A DNA stretch of 64,000 nucleotides from a virus (taxonomy: Duplodnaviria > Caudoviricetes), in IMG/VR virus record IMGVR_UViG_3300019370_000055, positions 32,001-96,000 of that record; one strand, 5' to 3'. This document shows, piece after piece, positions 20,887-33,400 of the stretch. Under the pieces are notes generated by a model, which worked only from the letters and a program-made list of their open reading frames with translations, was not told the DNA's origin and searched no databases. The stretch's first letter is position 1; every line of letters starts with the position of its first letter. The position numbers and the translations under genes were made by a program.

Positions 20887-21651
20887 TTAAAGCCCGTGGT
20901 TTTCAATAAAGGTATCCATTTCAGTTTGACTTCGTTTAATATAATGATAAGTGGTTTTAATATCATTATGCTGTAGGAACTGAGACACCATTACTTCATC
21001 TTGGGTATCAGTGCTGGTTGAAATCATATGATAAGGATTGGTTTTGCGTAAAGAATGCGTTCCCATGTGCATATCAATATTTAATGCTTTTGCCGCCCTC
21101 TGGAGCATACGCCGCATTCCATCAACTGACATAGGTTCTGTTGGTTTCTTTCCATTAGGGAAAAGCCAATCAGACATTTTGTACTGACCAAGAGTATTAA
21201 AGTATAATGTCAAGGCTTCTCTGGCCTTTGAGTTTAATAGCACTACAGATTTCTTACCCGTTTTTTGTTCGTGTTCAAATGTTACGTGGGTTTTAAAAGA
21301 CCCATCTGAGTTCAAAATATCATATACATGAAGTGCTAATATATCCCCCGCCCGTCTGCACATATTCAATGAGAACACAAAGTAAGTGTAATCACGAATA
21401 TTATTATTGGCCCATCCTTTACGACTCAAGAAGTAATTCTTCAACCGTTCAATATCATCCAGTGAACGAATAGGATCGGTGGGATTATGATTACAATGGT
21501 CATGCTCTACATAATCCTGATCCATAATAGGAGCAGCTACTTTTGGTACATTAATAGTTTTTTCCTGCATCAACCGTCCAAGCATTTCTTCCAGTTCAGG
21601 AGCAAAAGAAATGGTTACGTTTTCGGCATTGATAGATTTTTGAGTGTTCAT
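20887..21651 (-). CDS. tyrosine recombinase (XerC/D-like)
   Basis: Catalytic R (RRAGD), K (QKTGK), HSLRK, LQH and Y (TTYHY). Confidence 0.9.
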   Translation of the reverse strand: MNTQKSINAENVTISFAPELEEMLGRLMQEKTINVPKVAAPIMDQDYVEHDHCNHNPTDPIRSLDDIERLKNYFLSRKGWANNNIRDYTYFVFSLNMCRRAGDILALHVYDILNSDGSFKTHVTFEHEQKTGKKSVVLLNSKAREALTLYFNTLGQYKMSDWLFPNGKKPTEPMSVDGMRRMLQRAAKALNIDMHMGTHSLRKTNPYHMISTSTDTQDEVMVSQFLQHNDIKTTYHYIKRSQTEMDTFIENHGL

Positions 21652-22476
21652 CGTGCAAAACCTCCGTTTTGATTGATTACACCGTTATTCGTTGAAATTA
21701 AAAACCGCCCAAATTAGGTGTCTTTCTATTATCTATTATATATGATTCTATTTAAGAAGTCAAGGACTTTTTTGATTAAACCGTTATTTATTTTTCATTA
21801 CTTTTACTGGTTATTGAAATAGCCGGGACACAAATTCCCCATTTTAGGGAATTTTATCGGTAATGCTTAAATCAGAAAATGCAATTTATTGTGGTCTGTG
21901 TAAGTTCGCAGTTGGCTACTTTTGCCCCATTTTAGGAATCTTCTCCGATGACATTTGCGATGACAAATTGCAGTTTGGATGTTGAGTAGGTGTACTTTAC
22001 CTTTTTGGGAAAAAGAAAAAGCCTTCAAAATGTAAACCATGCCCCACGTTGACACGGGAGGGATCACGGCGGGAGGCCGTGGCAGTTTGTCCCCATTTTG
22101 GGCGGGTTTGTTCGGCATACCACAAAAACCGAACAAACGGCAGCAGGACGGCAAACGGCAACAGGCCACGGCGGGAACGTCTACCAGATCAACAGGGGAG
22201 GCCGTGGCGGTTTTGTCCAGCCTGAAGGCCGTTTTATATGTCGCTTCGCCGTCTATCGCTTTTTAAGGCCGTTTCCCGCCTTTTTGACGTTCCCACATAT
22301 ACCAACATAGACAACCCCACAAAAGCCCATTAAACCGCCTTAAATCGCCGCATACAGGCCAGCGCATAAACAAGCCCTTCCCCGCTAATACTGGCACAAG
22401 CCGCAATATAACGGATTAGTCAATAATGCACAATTTAGGCTTTTGTTTTTTGTGCAATTTTGAAGCAAAAACGTTA

Positions 22477-22505
22477 TTGACTTTCCCGTTATGCGGTGCT
22501 ATACT
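22477..22505 (+). promoter_or_regulatory. strong sigma-A promoter for the early region
   Basis: TTGACT-17-TATACT with an extended TG. Confidence 0.75.
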
Positions 22506-23026
22506 TTAGCCATACCAAACGAGACAACAAACCGCCACAAATAAGCCGCTTGACATAGGAGGCAAGCGCAAGGGTGGGAGGCAAGGTCAGAGCCGTGAAC
22601 CTTGAAAATAGAATAGGCCGTTGATCCCCTGTTATATAGGCTTAAACACTGGTTGACGTGTCCCACGTGTGCAAGCTGGCCTTCCTTAATATAGGAAGTC
22701 TACTACTCTGGCGGTTGAAATACCGTCAATGGCGAAGTAAGGAATTGAGGGGATTTAATGAGGCCATAATAACGATTTATTCAATATTCCAGCACTTTAC
22801 CGGGCTATTGGAGCATAGCAGATCAAAAAGGCAGAAGGTAAACTGCGATAATTAAACCGAAAAATGATTGAATGATTGCATTTTGACAAACAAACCACAA
22901 TAAAAAATTGTTGGAGTCCATGCAATAGCTATAAATCACGTGTTTTTCTGAAGGGCTTTTCACGCACAAAAAGCCCTATCCCATGAACCATTAAACCACA
23001 ATAGAAAATTTATGGAGGTTTTCAAA

Positions 23027-23581
23027 ATGACAGTTAAAACAGAGTATCAGGCATGGGAGGCCGTTACCGCATTCTTCCCCGCAGAGTACAAAAAAGATGA
23101 AGAGTCCAGCGCAAAAGCGGGTTATCCCGTTTATAGAAGTATTAAAAATCACTATGATTATTTTTGTATGTTGGGCGATAGAATCGAAGTAAATTTTTCC
23201 AATGGCAAAACCGTCAACGTATGGATTAAACCCGATCCGAAGCCTGAAGTCAGGGAACATAAAAAAGAATCAGAATTAAAAGAAATTGCTGAAGGTATTA
23301 GTCAAGAAGTTGTTATCCGCACATATGAAAACGGCAGCAGTAGAGACACACGGCGCAAGGCAACGGCAAAAGAAAAAGCCATTATTTACCGTGTAGCATA
23401 TGGGGCATTGTTGGCATTAAATCACGGCGAAGATAGCAGATCGTCACGACTGGCAGAGCAAAAAATCATTGATACGGCAGAATTTACAATAGGTTTATTT
23501 ATTCCCGATTGTAACGGATATGACACAATGTATATTCCTCTGAAAAAGGCCGTTGCAAATTGGGCGAAGGAGGCCAAATAA
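23027..23581 (+). CDS. first early gene, hypothetical protein
   Basis: GGAGG RBS plus ATG 23027. Confidence 0.7.
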   Translation: MTVKTEYQAWEAVTAFFPAEYKKDEESSAKAGYPVYRSIKNHYDYFCMLGDRIEVNFSNGKTVNVWIKPDPKPEVREHKKESELKEIAEGISQEVVIRTYENGSSRDTRRKATAKEKAIIYRVAYGALLALNHGEDSRSSRLAEQKIIDTAEFTIGLFIPDCNGYDTMYIPLKKAVANWAKEAK

Positions 23582-26500
23582 TGAAAACGAAAAATATTGA
23601 CGTTCACGGCGTTTATAGCCTGTTTAACACTGGCGGGATCGAAGTACACATTGAAGAAGGTTATGATCCTTTTATCCTCTGGCGGTTTTCTATCATTGAC
23701 ACGGAGCCGCAAAAATGGCACAAGGCAAAAATCAACGACACGGCAGCAGGAAGGGCATATTTCCGGGCTAATGGCAAGCGGATTTATTTAGATCAAGTTA
23801 TGCATGTATAACGATATAATCAACAATAAAAGTAGCTGGCCTATCGGCATAACGGGGAGAAAGTGAAGGTAAATCATGAAATACAAAACGACAAAAAAGG
23901 CGATCCGGGAAATGGGCGATCCGGTTTATTGTGTCAGTTATTGCAATCTTCAAAATCTTTTGCGTTTCCGTGATCCGTTTGCCTATAGCACAAGGGCCGA
24001 AGGTTGGGCTTGTGATTATTACAGTTTAGGAAACGTGATTATTTCCACAGGCTATTCCCCCATAGGGCGCAAAACTGATTATAACCTTTGTCACGAATAC
24101 GATCAAAAAGCATATAAAATTTTACGTGATTATTCCCTGAAATGGGAGCAGCAACGGGATCAACTCGAAGCCTTGATTGAAGAATTTGTTCAGCGGTTGA
24201 CCAAAAAGAAAAAGGGATAAAATAGGCGGTTTTCTAAAGGGTTTTCCGCAACAAAAAGCCCTATTCCATGAAGCTATAAACTAAACGGAAAAATCAGGAG
24301 GTTTTATCATGACAAACCAGAATTTGACTTTTAACACGCTTGACAGTTACTTCCTTAATACTGGAAATATGCGCTTGAATATCGGTTATTTTCGGGATAG
24401 TGTACGGGATCAATTCGATATTGTCCAGCGTCACACAAACGGCGGAAACGGGAAAAGTCTGTTGACTGTAAATCTTGAAAATTCCCGCCGTTCGATCCGT
24501 TCCCTTGTATGGGAAGCGTTTGTAATTATGACTAATGACTATATCGAAAATGAGACAGGAAACAAGAAATTTTCTTGCACAAGTCAGCAGCTAAAAAAGT
24601 ACCTTGCAAAATATGGTTATACCATTGAAGAAGCCCTTCAACCTGTTATTGATGAAGTAACAAAGTGGAGAAATGACGTAAAAGCGGGGAAAGCGGTTTA
24701 ATAAAAGGAGAATAAAACAATGACATATTATCAGGTGAAGCCAGAGTATGACGGGAAAACTCTGTATAAAAAGTGTGGGGATCGTGGTTATAGAAACGGT
24801 TATAGAATCCCTAACGGCTATAATTTAATAGCTAATGAATTATTGACGGGAAAAGAAGTGGAAAAATTGAACGTGCCGCAAATGTGCGTTGATCCCGTCA
24901 ATATAAAAAAGACTGAAACATATTTCTGTTTTGGCGCACGTTTTCAAATGGAGAAGGAGGCGGTTTGAAGTGTACGCATTCAAAACCTATCGGAAAATTG
25001 ACGTTGCTATTAATGGCGTATATGCCTATAGCACAAGCGCATATAGAACGTGTAAAGAGGCTATAGCAGCACTACGGGAAAAACAAACCGTAATAGTTGC
25101 CAGCATTCCAGACTATACCGTGACAGTTAAACCAGAGGACAAAATAACGGCGCATTTTGCCAGACGATAAAAGGGAGCGGAAAAATGAAAATTTTAGAAA
25201 AGGCCATTTTGAAAAATGGCGTACACATTCAACTTGAGGACTGGAGAGAAAACAATACACCTAAATTTCCCAACTTGTATGGTTTAACTATAGCGGCCTA
25301 TCCCATAGCGGAAAGATCAGACGGTTATTGGATTAAAGGAGGCGAAGAATTTAGATTAGCAATTAGCTATAATCAATATACTAATTATACTAATGATATG
25401 GTATTAGCTGATTATAAAGCATTGATTAATGCGGAAAAGTCTCTTGAAGATTTAGCGGATCGCTTTTATAACGGCGAGAAGGACAAATGGCGGTTAGGTA
25501 TGTCAACAAACTACAGGCCACAATAAATTGGAGGACGGAAAAATGAAGATTAAAATTACATATAAAGTTTGTAGAGTGGAATTTTCCGCAACGGCAACTT
25601 GTGTATCTGAAGCGTATGAATACCTTCAAGCTATCATTAAAGCGAATGCAATTAATTTTCCCCGTCAAGCGGAAACACTGTCGGAGTATATGTGTATTCT
25701 TGTTAAAATCCAAAATGGAGAAACAATCAAAAGTGAAAATCATATCTTTAGACTTGAAAAAGTTGTGGAGGAAAAATCATGATTTATAACAATACCATTT
25801 CTGATATTGAAAGCAGCATTTTTGAGCCGTGGAGAATATGCGGAGAATATAAAGACGGTTTTTCTGTTACCGTGGGCGGGAATGATGAAGAAGATTGTAT
25901 GCAACGGCTGATTGACCTACAGGAAAAACACGGCGATTTAACGTGGTATTCTGGTTATACGGATCAAGATTATGCAGCGGGAGAATATATCAGCAGAGAA
26001 AATTTTATCTATGACTAAAAATGGAGGCTGGAAAAATGATTAAACATGAAATTGAAATGGTTTTACATATTGAAAGATACCCTAACCATTGCAAAGAATG
26101 TCCTATGTTCTATCAGCAGCCTTATTCATGCCATAATGAAAGAGGGATGGAAGGCGGTTGTCAATTAGGATATATGGCACATAGCGATACAAGGGATTTT
26201 TCAGGACATACGCTTTTTAAAGGTTGTCAGATTAAACAAAACAAAAATGTAATTCTTGATCTTTAATAGGGAGGCTGGAAAAATGGTAAAGTTTGAGATT
26301 AGACAGATTGACGCATGGGCAGAGGCCGAAGGCGGTTGGACGTGGAATAACTCTATAAAAGTAGGCGAATTTCAGACAAGAGCAGCAGATCAAAAGCGGG
26401 CTTTTCTATATGCCCTTCACAAGTTGGGGATCGTGTGCAAGCGTGGAAGGATGGCGGTTGTTTATGACGGTGATATTTATGAATTGCAAGATAGGCGCAC

Positions 26501-28625
26501 AAATGAACCGCTTTTTGCCGCTATTCCTTGTTAAATAAGAGGTTGAATTATGAAAATTGAATTTACCCAAAATGAAATAATATTCGCTAAAAAAGCATTG
26601 CAAGAGTGGAGTTGCGGAAAATTATTGTCAATACCTCCAGACATATTAACAATACTGTTAAAATTGGAAAATGCGGAAAAATGTCTTTCTAACAAGAGAG
26701 CGGACAGGGAAAGTAAGGAGGATACATAATGTTTCAAGAAGTATTTAATAACATTCTTTCTAATCTGGAATACGATAATATTAATTATGACGTTGTTACA
26801 GAATGCGGAAAAACTGTTATCAAAATCAAGTGTGAAAACGGAAAAATTGGGAAAATCATATTTGACGATACGGAGGAAAATAATGATTGTCTATAGTGTA
26901 ATTGGTTTTCCTATGGGTGGAGGTTGGGCAACATTTCATAAAGAATACAAACGGCGCAAAAATGCGGAAAAGCAACAGAAGAAGTTAGCAGTTAGCGGAA
27001 ATTTCAAAAGCGTTATGTTGCGGCAAGAGGAAATTCTTCTTAATAATGGAGAAGATTATATATCTATTGATAGTCCTCTTAATTCATTAGAGCATGACGC
27101 AAGCGGAAAAATCACAATGAAGGTATTTCATGCGGAAAAATAAGGAGGCTAATACAATGAAAATCTATGCAAGACAGATTGAGCCGGAATTTCAGGATAG
27201 CAGGATTTTTGATGATGATACATATAGTACAGAGTATATCAATATATGCGGAAATAAGGACTACCAGAGCCGCACAAGCAGCGTTTTTGACAGGGTAAAG
27301 GAATGTCTTGACGCTGGAGAACTGGCAACGGAATTTGAATACATTGCAAAGAAAAGTATGTATGCAAGTTATGATACTGTTACAGAAGCAATCAATAATT
27401 GGTTGTACCATGACGGCGGAAAAACCTACAACAAACAGCAGATCGGAAAACTGAAGCGGCTTGTTTTGGAGTATAGCGAATGTAGTAGCAGTAGAGAGGA
27501 TCAAATTTTGGTTGAAGTTCTTTCTATTGTAACAGGAGAAGAATGGGACTATAAGCAAATCCACGGTTGTTGTCAGGGAGAATGGAATACCGTATATTAT
27601 CCTATCCAGTATTGGACAAAGGAAAGTCTTGAATCCTTTGAAGTAATGTACTTCAATAATGGATCGGAATGGATTGTCCATGATGGTGATACAGAGCCGA
27701 CAAACCCGGAAGAAATTGATGGTTGCGCTTACTATTGTGTGTCGTGGAATGATGAAGGCATTAAAAAGGAGTTAGCGGAGGCCGTGGGAGTGGAAAATCC
27801 TGAAGATATTATTCTTTACAAGTATGCTGGATCGGTTAGTGTTCCTATATACAAAGTAGCTTGACCATTGCGGAAAAATAAGGCCATACGGTAGAAGGGA
27901 AAACTGAAATGGAAACTTATTATGTAAAAACAAAGGACATTGCTTCTTTACAAGACGCATTAGGAAGAATGATTGAATTTGCTATGTTTATGGCAAAAGA
28001 GAGCGGATCACAAGATCGTGTCAATTATATAAATGAAATTTTAAAAGATGATGATATTGAAGTGGAGGTACAATAATGGAAAAGGGTTTTAATGCGGAAA
28101 AGTTTATGGCCTATCTGGAGCAGGAATTTAATGGCATGGAAAACTGTATGTTGCGTCAGATTGTGGAAAATTTGATTAACTATGGACACAAGCATGAACA
28201 AGTTAGCAAGGATCAGTTTGTCCAGTGGTTAGCCGACATGATCCCCGAAGTATCTTTTGGTGAAGTTGCCGCTTTTATGGAGGATGATTGTTTGACAGAA
28301 AACGGCAAGCGGGAAAAACAAGCAGCCTTAAAGAATATCAAGTGGCCTATGTATTAATGGAGGTAGAAATGTGAACTACATAGATAAAGAATGGGCAGAA
28401 CTTGAGCGGAGATCAGAAAAGATAGACAAGGTAGAAAAGATTGTACGGACTATTTCAGGTTGGGCAACGGCAATATTCTTTTTCTTGATTTTAGGAAAAG
28501 CTGGTGCTTCAGATTGTGGCGCACCGTGGGAAGAAATTTTCCCGTCAACATTTATCTATTGTGGATTGATGATCCTATCGTTTCATATATGGGAGTCCGC
28601 TGGAGGTAATTGTGTAAGCAAATAA
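23581..28625 (+). other. run of about 15 small co-oriented early genes of unknown function
   Basis: Packed ORFs with GGAG RBS, e.g. 23876-24220, 24309-24701, 25185-25526, 27157-27864, 28076-28357. Confidence 0.75.
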
Positions 28626-28773
28626 CGACATACTCAATAAAGGATGGTGGAAACGTGACGTACATTATTTGTGGTATTCCTTGTATTGAAGTTTGTATGG
28701 AAAGTGACCACAAAAAATCATTCTTTTATGCAGGGAGGTATTTTGTAAAACTGTCAGATTATTATGAAGAGGA

Positions 28774-29232
28774 TTGATTAAAGTGAAATGTTCACAATGC
28801 GGAAAAATCATTTCAAACAAGCGTTATGGAGGATTGTGTCAGGGTTGTTACAAGTATTTCAAAAATGGTGGAAAGATACATGACATTCCAGCAGCGGGAA
28901 CAATCGCTTATGACAATCGGGGAAAAATCATATGTCACATTTGCGGAAAATCCTTTGTGCGATTAGGAAGTCATGTACGGGAAAGTCACGGAATGACCAT
29001 TGATGAATACAAAGAGCGTTTCGGATTATGTCATAGTGCAAGAACTACAGAACAAAACTATTCTAACATAATGCGGAAACACGCAAAAGAAAATGGAATG
29101 GTGCAACAGATTTTAGACGCTGGAAAAGGTACACGGATCAAAAAAGGTGAAACACATTTGAGAAAAGGAAAGAAAGTAAGATTGCAAGAAATTATTAATA
29201 GCAATTTGCGCAAGCGGAAAAATCACAAGTAA
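28774..29232 (+). CDS. Ros/MucR-like Zn-finger DNA-binding protein
   Basis: ICHICGKSFVRLGSHVRESHGMTIDEYKERFGL. Confidence 0.7.
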   Translation: MIKVKCSQCGKIISNKRYGGLCQGCYKYFKNGGKIHDIPAAGTIAYDNRGKIICHICGKSFVRLGSHVRESHGMTIDEYKERFGLCHSARTTEQNYSNIMRKHAKENGMVQQILDAGKGTRIKKGETHLRKGKKVRLQEIINSNLRKRKNHK

Positions 29233-29272
29233 CTACAAACCAAAATTAACAATTATAAAGGAGAATATTACA

Positions 29273-30388
29273 ATGAATAGACTTAATGTACAGTGGACAG
29301 CAAAGACTCTTGTTAATCAGATGAAGCGTGGAAACGTCAACTTTGACAATGCGGTGCAGCGTGGCCTTGTGTGGGACGTGGAAAAGAAGTCCCTCCTTAT
29401 TCACAGTATGATTTACGGCTATGCAATCCCCGCTATGTATTTCACACGTGACGAGAATAAGATTTATGACAGTCTGGATGGAAAGCAGCGGAGTAATGCA
29501 ATCTGTGAGTTTATCAGTGACGAGTTTGCACTTTCCACCAATACGCCTCCTGTTTTTGATGATGATGGAAACGTGGAGGACATTAGCGGAATGACGTTTA
29601 GCCAGTTGCCCGAATGGGTACAGGATCGGATTAACGAGTATTCCCTTACGATTTACTACTATGAAGATATGACGGAGCAGGAGATCAGGGAGTTCTTCAG
29701 GCGGTTGAATAATGGTAAGCCCTTGACGGCGGTTGAGTTGACCAGAGTAAATACGCCTTGTCTGGTAGTGTTCCAGCAGCTTGCAGGGCATGACGCTATC
29801 CAGAATGTTGTTACAGCAGCGGGCAAAAAGCGGTTTACCGATGAAAACATTGCAATGCAGCTTTATCATATGGCAACTGTGGAAAACCCGGACTTCTCCA
29901 CCAAATCTTTCCGTGAATGGGCAAAGTCTGTACAGACTGACGATGATACTATCGGAAAAATCCAGTCTGGCCTTGACGCTTACAGCGCATTCCTTGAGAG
30001 TCTTGATCCTACCGATGATAAGAAAATCCTTCGGGCAGTAAAGACACGGACGCATTTTGTAAGCTGTGCTTACTATTGCTATCTGGCAGTACAGGAGGAA
30101 AAGACGCAGGACGAGATTAACCAGACGTTGCGGACGTTCTTTAGCGGAAATCCTTCTACTTCCGATGATTATAACAAGACTGTCGGTAGTGGTAGTGCGA
30201 AGCCCGGAGCAGTTCAGACACGGCAGCGGATTATGCGGGAATTGGCTGGTGTAAAGGTGCGGGAGGAAAATAACGTAGAGGATCAGAATGCAGTACAGGA
30301 TCAGGAGCCGTTGAATGATGGCGAAGCGGAAAATCATGATGAATCTGGTGAGCAGCTTACTATTACAGATGGAGAAAAGCAGGAGTAA
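29273..30388 (+). CDS. DUF262 (ParB/Srx-like) domain protein
   Basis: VQRGLVW, LIHSM..GYAIP, LDGKQR, FRRLNNGKPL. Confidence 0.85.
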   Translation: MNRLNVQWTAKTLVNQMKRGNVNFDNAVQRGLVWDVEKKSLLIHSMIYGYAIPAMYFTRDENKIYDSLDGKQRSNAICEFISDEFALSTNTPPVFDDDGNVEDISGMTFSQLPEWVQDRINEYSLTIYYYEDMTEQEIREFFRRLNNGKPLTAVELTRVNTPCLVVFQQLAGHDAIQNVVTAAGKKRFTDENIAMQLYHMATVENPDFSTKSFREWAKSVQTDDDTIGKIQSGLDAYSAFLESLDPTDDKKILRAVKTRTHFVSCAYYCYLAVQEEKTQDEINQTLRTFFSGNPSTSDDYNKTVGSGSAKPGAVQTRQRIMRELAGVKVREENNVEDQNAVQDQEPLNDGEAENHDESGEQLTITDGEKQE

Positions 30389-30441
30389 GCTATAGCGGAA
30401 AAGCTGACCTATCGGCTATACGGGGAGAAAGGAATTAAACA

Positions 30442-33400
30442 ATGCGAAAAATATCTAATAAAGAAAAGATTATTTATCAAAATCAAAATGGGAAAATTAT
30501 TGCCATTGAAAATATGATGTTTGGTGGAACACGATATATCTTACTGAATGCAGATGGAAATTATGTACAAGATTTAATAGTTCCATTTGCTGTAGCAGAT
30601 TATTTATGAAGGAGAATTAAGATGATTAGATGTAATAATTGCGGAAAAATATTTATGAATGAAGAAGATATACCTATTCTTATTGAATGGGAAAACGGGG
30701 AAACAAAAATATTGGAGGTTGGAAAATTTACAAAGCCCGGAGGTGAGACATTTAGAGGCTGTCCGCATTGTATGACGGATATGTATTTGATGGATATGGA
30801 GGATAATGAAAATGCGAGTTAAAACGGTTTATGTCAAAGACAAGCAGCGTCTTAATTTGAGCAGTTTTCCGAATTTCAGTGTGACAGGCAGTATTGCGGG
30901 AATGAAGAAAAAATACTATGGTGAGGACGCATTACTTGTTCGTTGTGGCAGTTGGATTTATAACGTAACCAGTAGACCAGACATTTACTATGGTGAGGCA
31001 CATTAAATAAGGAGACTGGAAAAATGGATCGTATCAAATTAGGTATTAATCATGAAAAGTTGGCAGAGCAAGGTTGGAGTTTTGAAGATTGGAGCGATAT
31101 TTATTCTTACATAAGCGGACTTGTGGATTGGCTGGAAAGTCACAACAAAAATTACACAAAAGAACAATATCATAAGATTGTTATTTTAAAGGAAATTCTG
31201 GATTGTATTGATTATGGAGTATAGGCAGTAATGCCAGAAAGGACAAAGTAAAAATGGATAGATGGACGAAAAAACAACTTGAAGAAATGAACGATTTAGA
31301 TTTTGCGATTTGTATTTTGACGGAGCGGAGAAATAAAGTAAGCCCTTATTCTCCATTAGGTTTGAAATTAGATCAAGCACGACGCACATTAAATAAAATA
31401 AGAAATGAAAAGGTTGGTATGTCATTATTGCCTATAAGGGAGGAATTGGAAAAGTGACCAGTATTGTATATCAAGATAGAGTTGGCGGTTTAATGTACAT
31501 ATATCAACCTAAATATCCAGCACAGCGTAGTTTGTTTGAACAAAAGCGTACAGAACGGATTATTGCAGCACTGGAAGAATTAAAGCATATTGGAAACATT
31601 AATGTCTTTCTTTATAAGAAAGGTAAGTTGCGGAAAATTGCAGAACACAAAATATAGGAGGTTTAAAATGCAAGTATATATTGTTTGTGGCGGTTGTGTA
31701 GACGATCATCATATCATTGCTGTGTATAAATCATAAAAGAAAGCGGAAAAGCGTGTAGAGCAGGAAAATAAAGAATGCAAAGGGCTTCATGCTTATATTG
31801 AAGTATATGAAATTTCAAAATAGAGGAGGAAATCACAGTGGATAGTATTAAAGCTATGGCAATTTTTACAGAAATATTAAAGGCCGGAAATGTGGATCAA
31901 CATATGGACGAAATTAAAGATTGTTGCAATAATATGTTAAATGATGAATTAAGAAATGTTGCATTGGAATTGATTAAGTCAGTTTACACGAACTGTAGAT
32001 TGAGTGTTTACATGAAAGTATTTTTAGATACAGCTATTGAGTTAGACGAAAAATATGATACACAATATCAATAATAAAGTAAACCGCATAGCGGAGAAAG
32101 GAAAATTATAATGGCAACTTATAAGGTATTAATTAACACGGACAACTTCACGCATTTTCCTTGTAGCAAAAAGAATTGGGAGCCGGGAACAATTAATGAT
32201 TTTATGATGGCTATTAATGGCTGGAAAAGTACAGAACATAGCCTTCAGGAAGTTCGTTGGAGGATTGAGTTATTTTTCAAACACGCACATTATCATTGTG
32301 GAAATCAGCATTGGGAAAAGTGGTTTGACCAGAAAAAGAACAAGATTAAATATCGGGATCGTCTTTGTGAATTAGATAGAGTGGATGATATTTCTGTTCC
32401 GGGATTTGCACAGGGATATGTAGATATTGAAGAATTGCTGGAAAAGTTGAAGGCAGAAGGAGTAATTCGTATTCCGTTTAATATGGGTTATGATATGCGG
32501 CAGCGTGGGAGTAAGGCTTATAAAGGATGTTATATGGAGATTAAGAAGGTGGCGTAATGGAACGTAGAAAGCGTTATCAGGTTAGACATAGTAAAAATGA
32601 ACGGATTGGAATATTAACTGGTCTTTTAGATTGTGAAGGAAACGAGATTAAGACTGGCGATTATATTAAAGTAAAAGGAAAACATTACGATGGTATAGTT
32701 TTGTGGCATAGGGAGCAGAAATGTTTTGGGGTTTTCTTTGGCCTTTGGTATCTTGACAGAAATCCATATAATGCAGATTGTTATGGAAAGTTTGTTGATA
32801 TTCCTAACGATCAAGGTATGCGAATGGAATTGTTACCCATAAGCAAAGATGAAATTACATATGATAAGGAGAATTTGAAATGAATACCAATCTGATTGAT
32901 ACTATTAAAAGAGATTGTGAACATTGGCAGCGAATTAAAGATGGTGGGTTTTATCATCGTCTTTGCCTGAATGAATGCGCTAATAGTAAGGAAAGTGGTT
33001 TGTACCAGTTGATTTTGAATGGTATGGAATTGTGGTATGGAACCTTGCAGGAAATTAATGCAGTAGTAAAGTCTATGATTGCTTTGATTGAAAAGAAAGA
33101 TGAATACGAGGTTTGAAAATGGAAAAGACAATTTTTGGTGGTAGGCCAAAGAATCCAGTAGCCTACTGCGCCCTTCATTGTGGATCACTAACCGTAAAAG
33201 AAATGAAACGTAAAGGCTGTCTTGGAAAACAGTGTTGGCATTTGCAAAAGAATGAACAGCATGAATACTGGAAACAAAGAGAATTGGCAAAGGCCAGAAA
33301 GGAAAAGTAATATGAATGACGAAATCTTCTATGTTTTGATGGACGATCATATTGTTACTCGGCATGAAGTTGATATGGCATTCTATGTGACGCATGGTTA

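Noticed and set aside
29246-30337. Long antisense ORFs (also 175-846, 55195-56100, 63110-63910, 43963-44646)
   Set aside because: Shadows of real genes with biased codon usage on the opposite strand.
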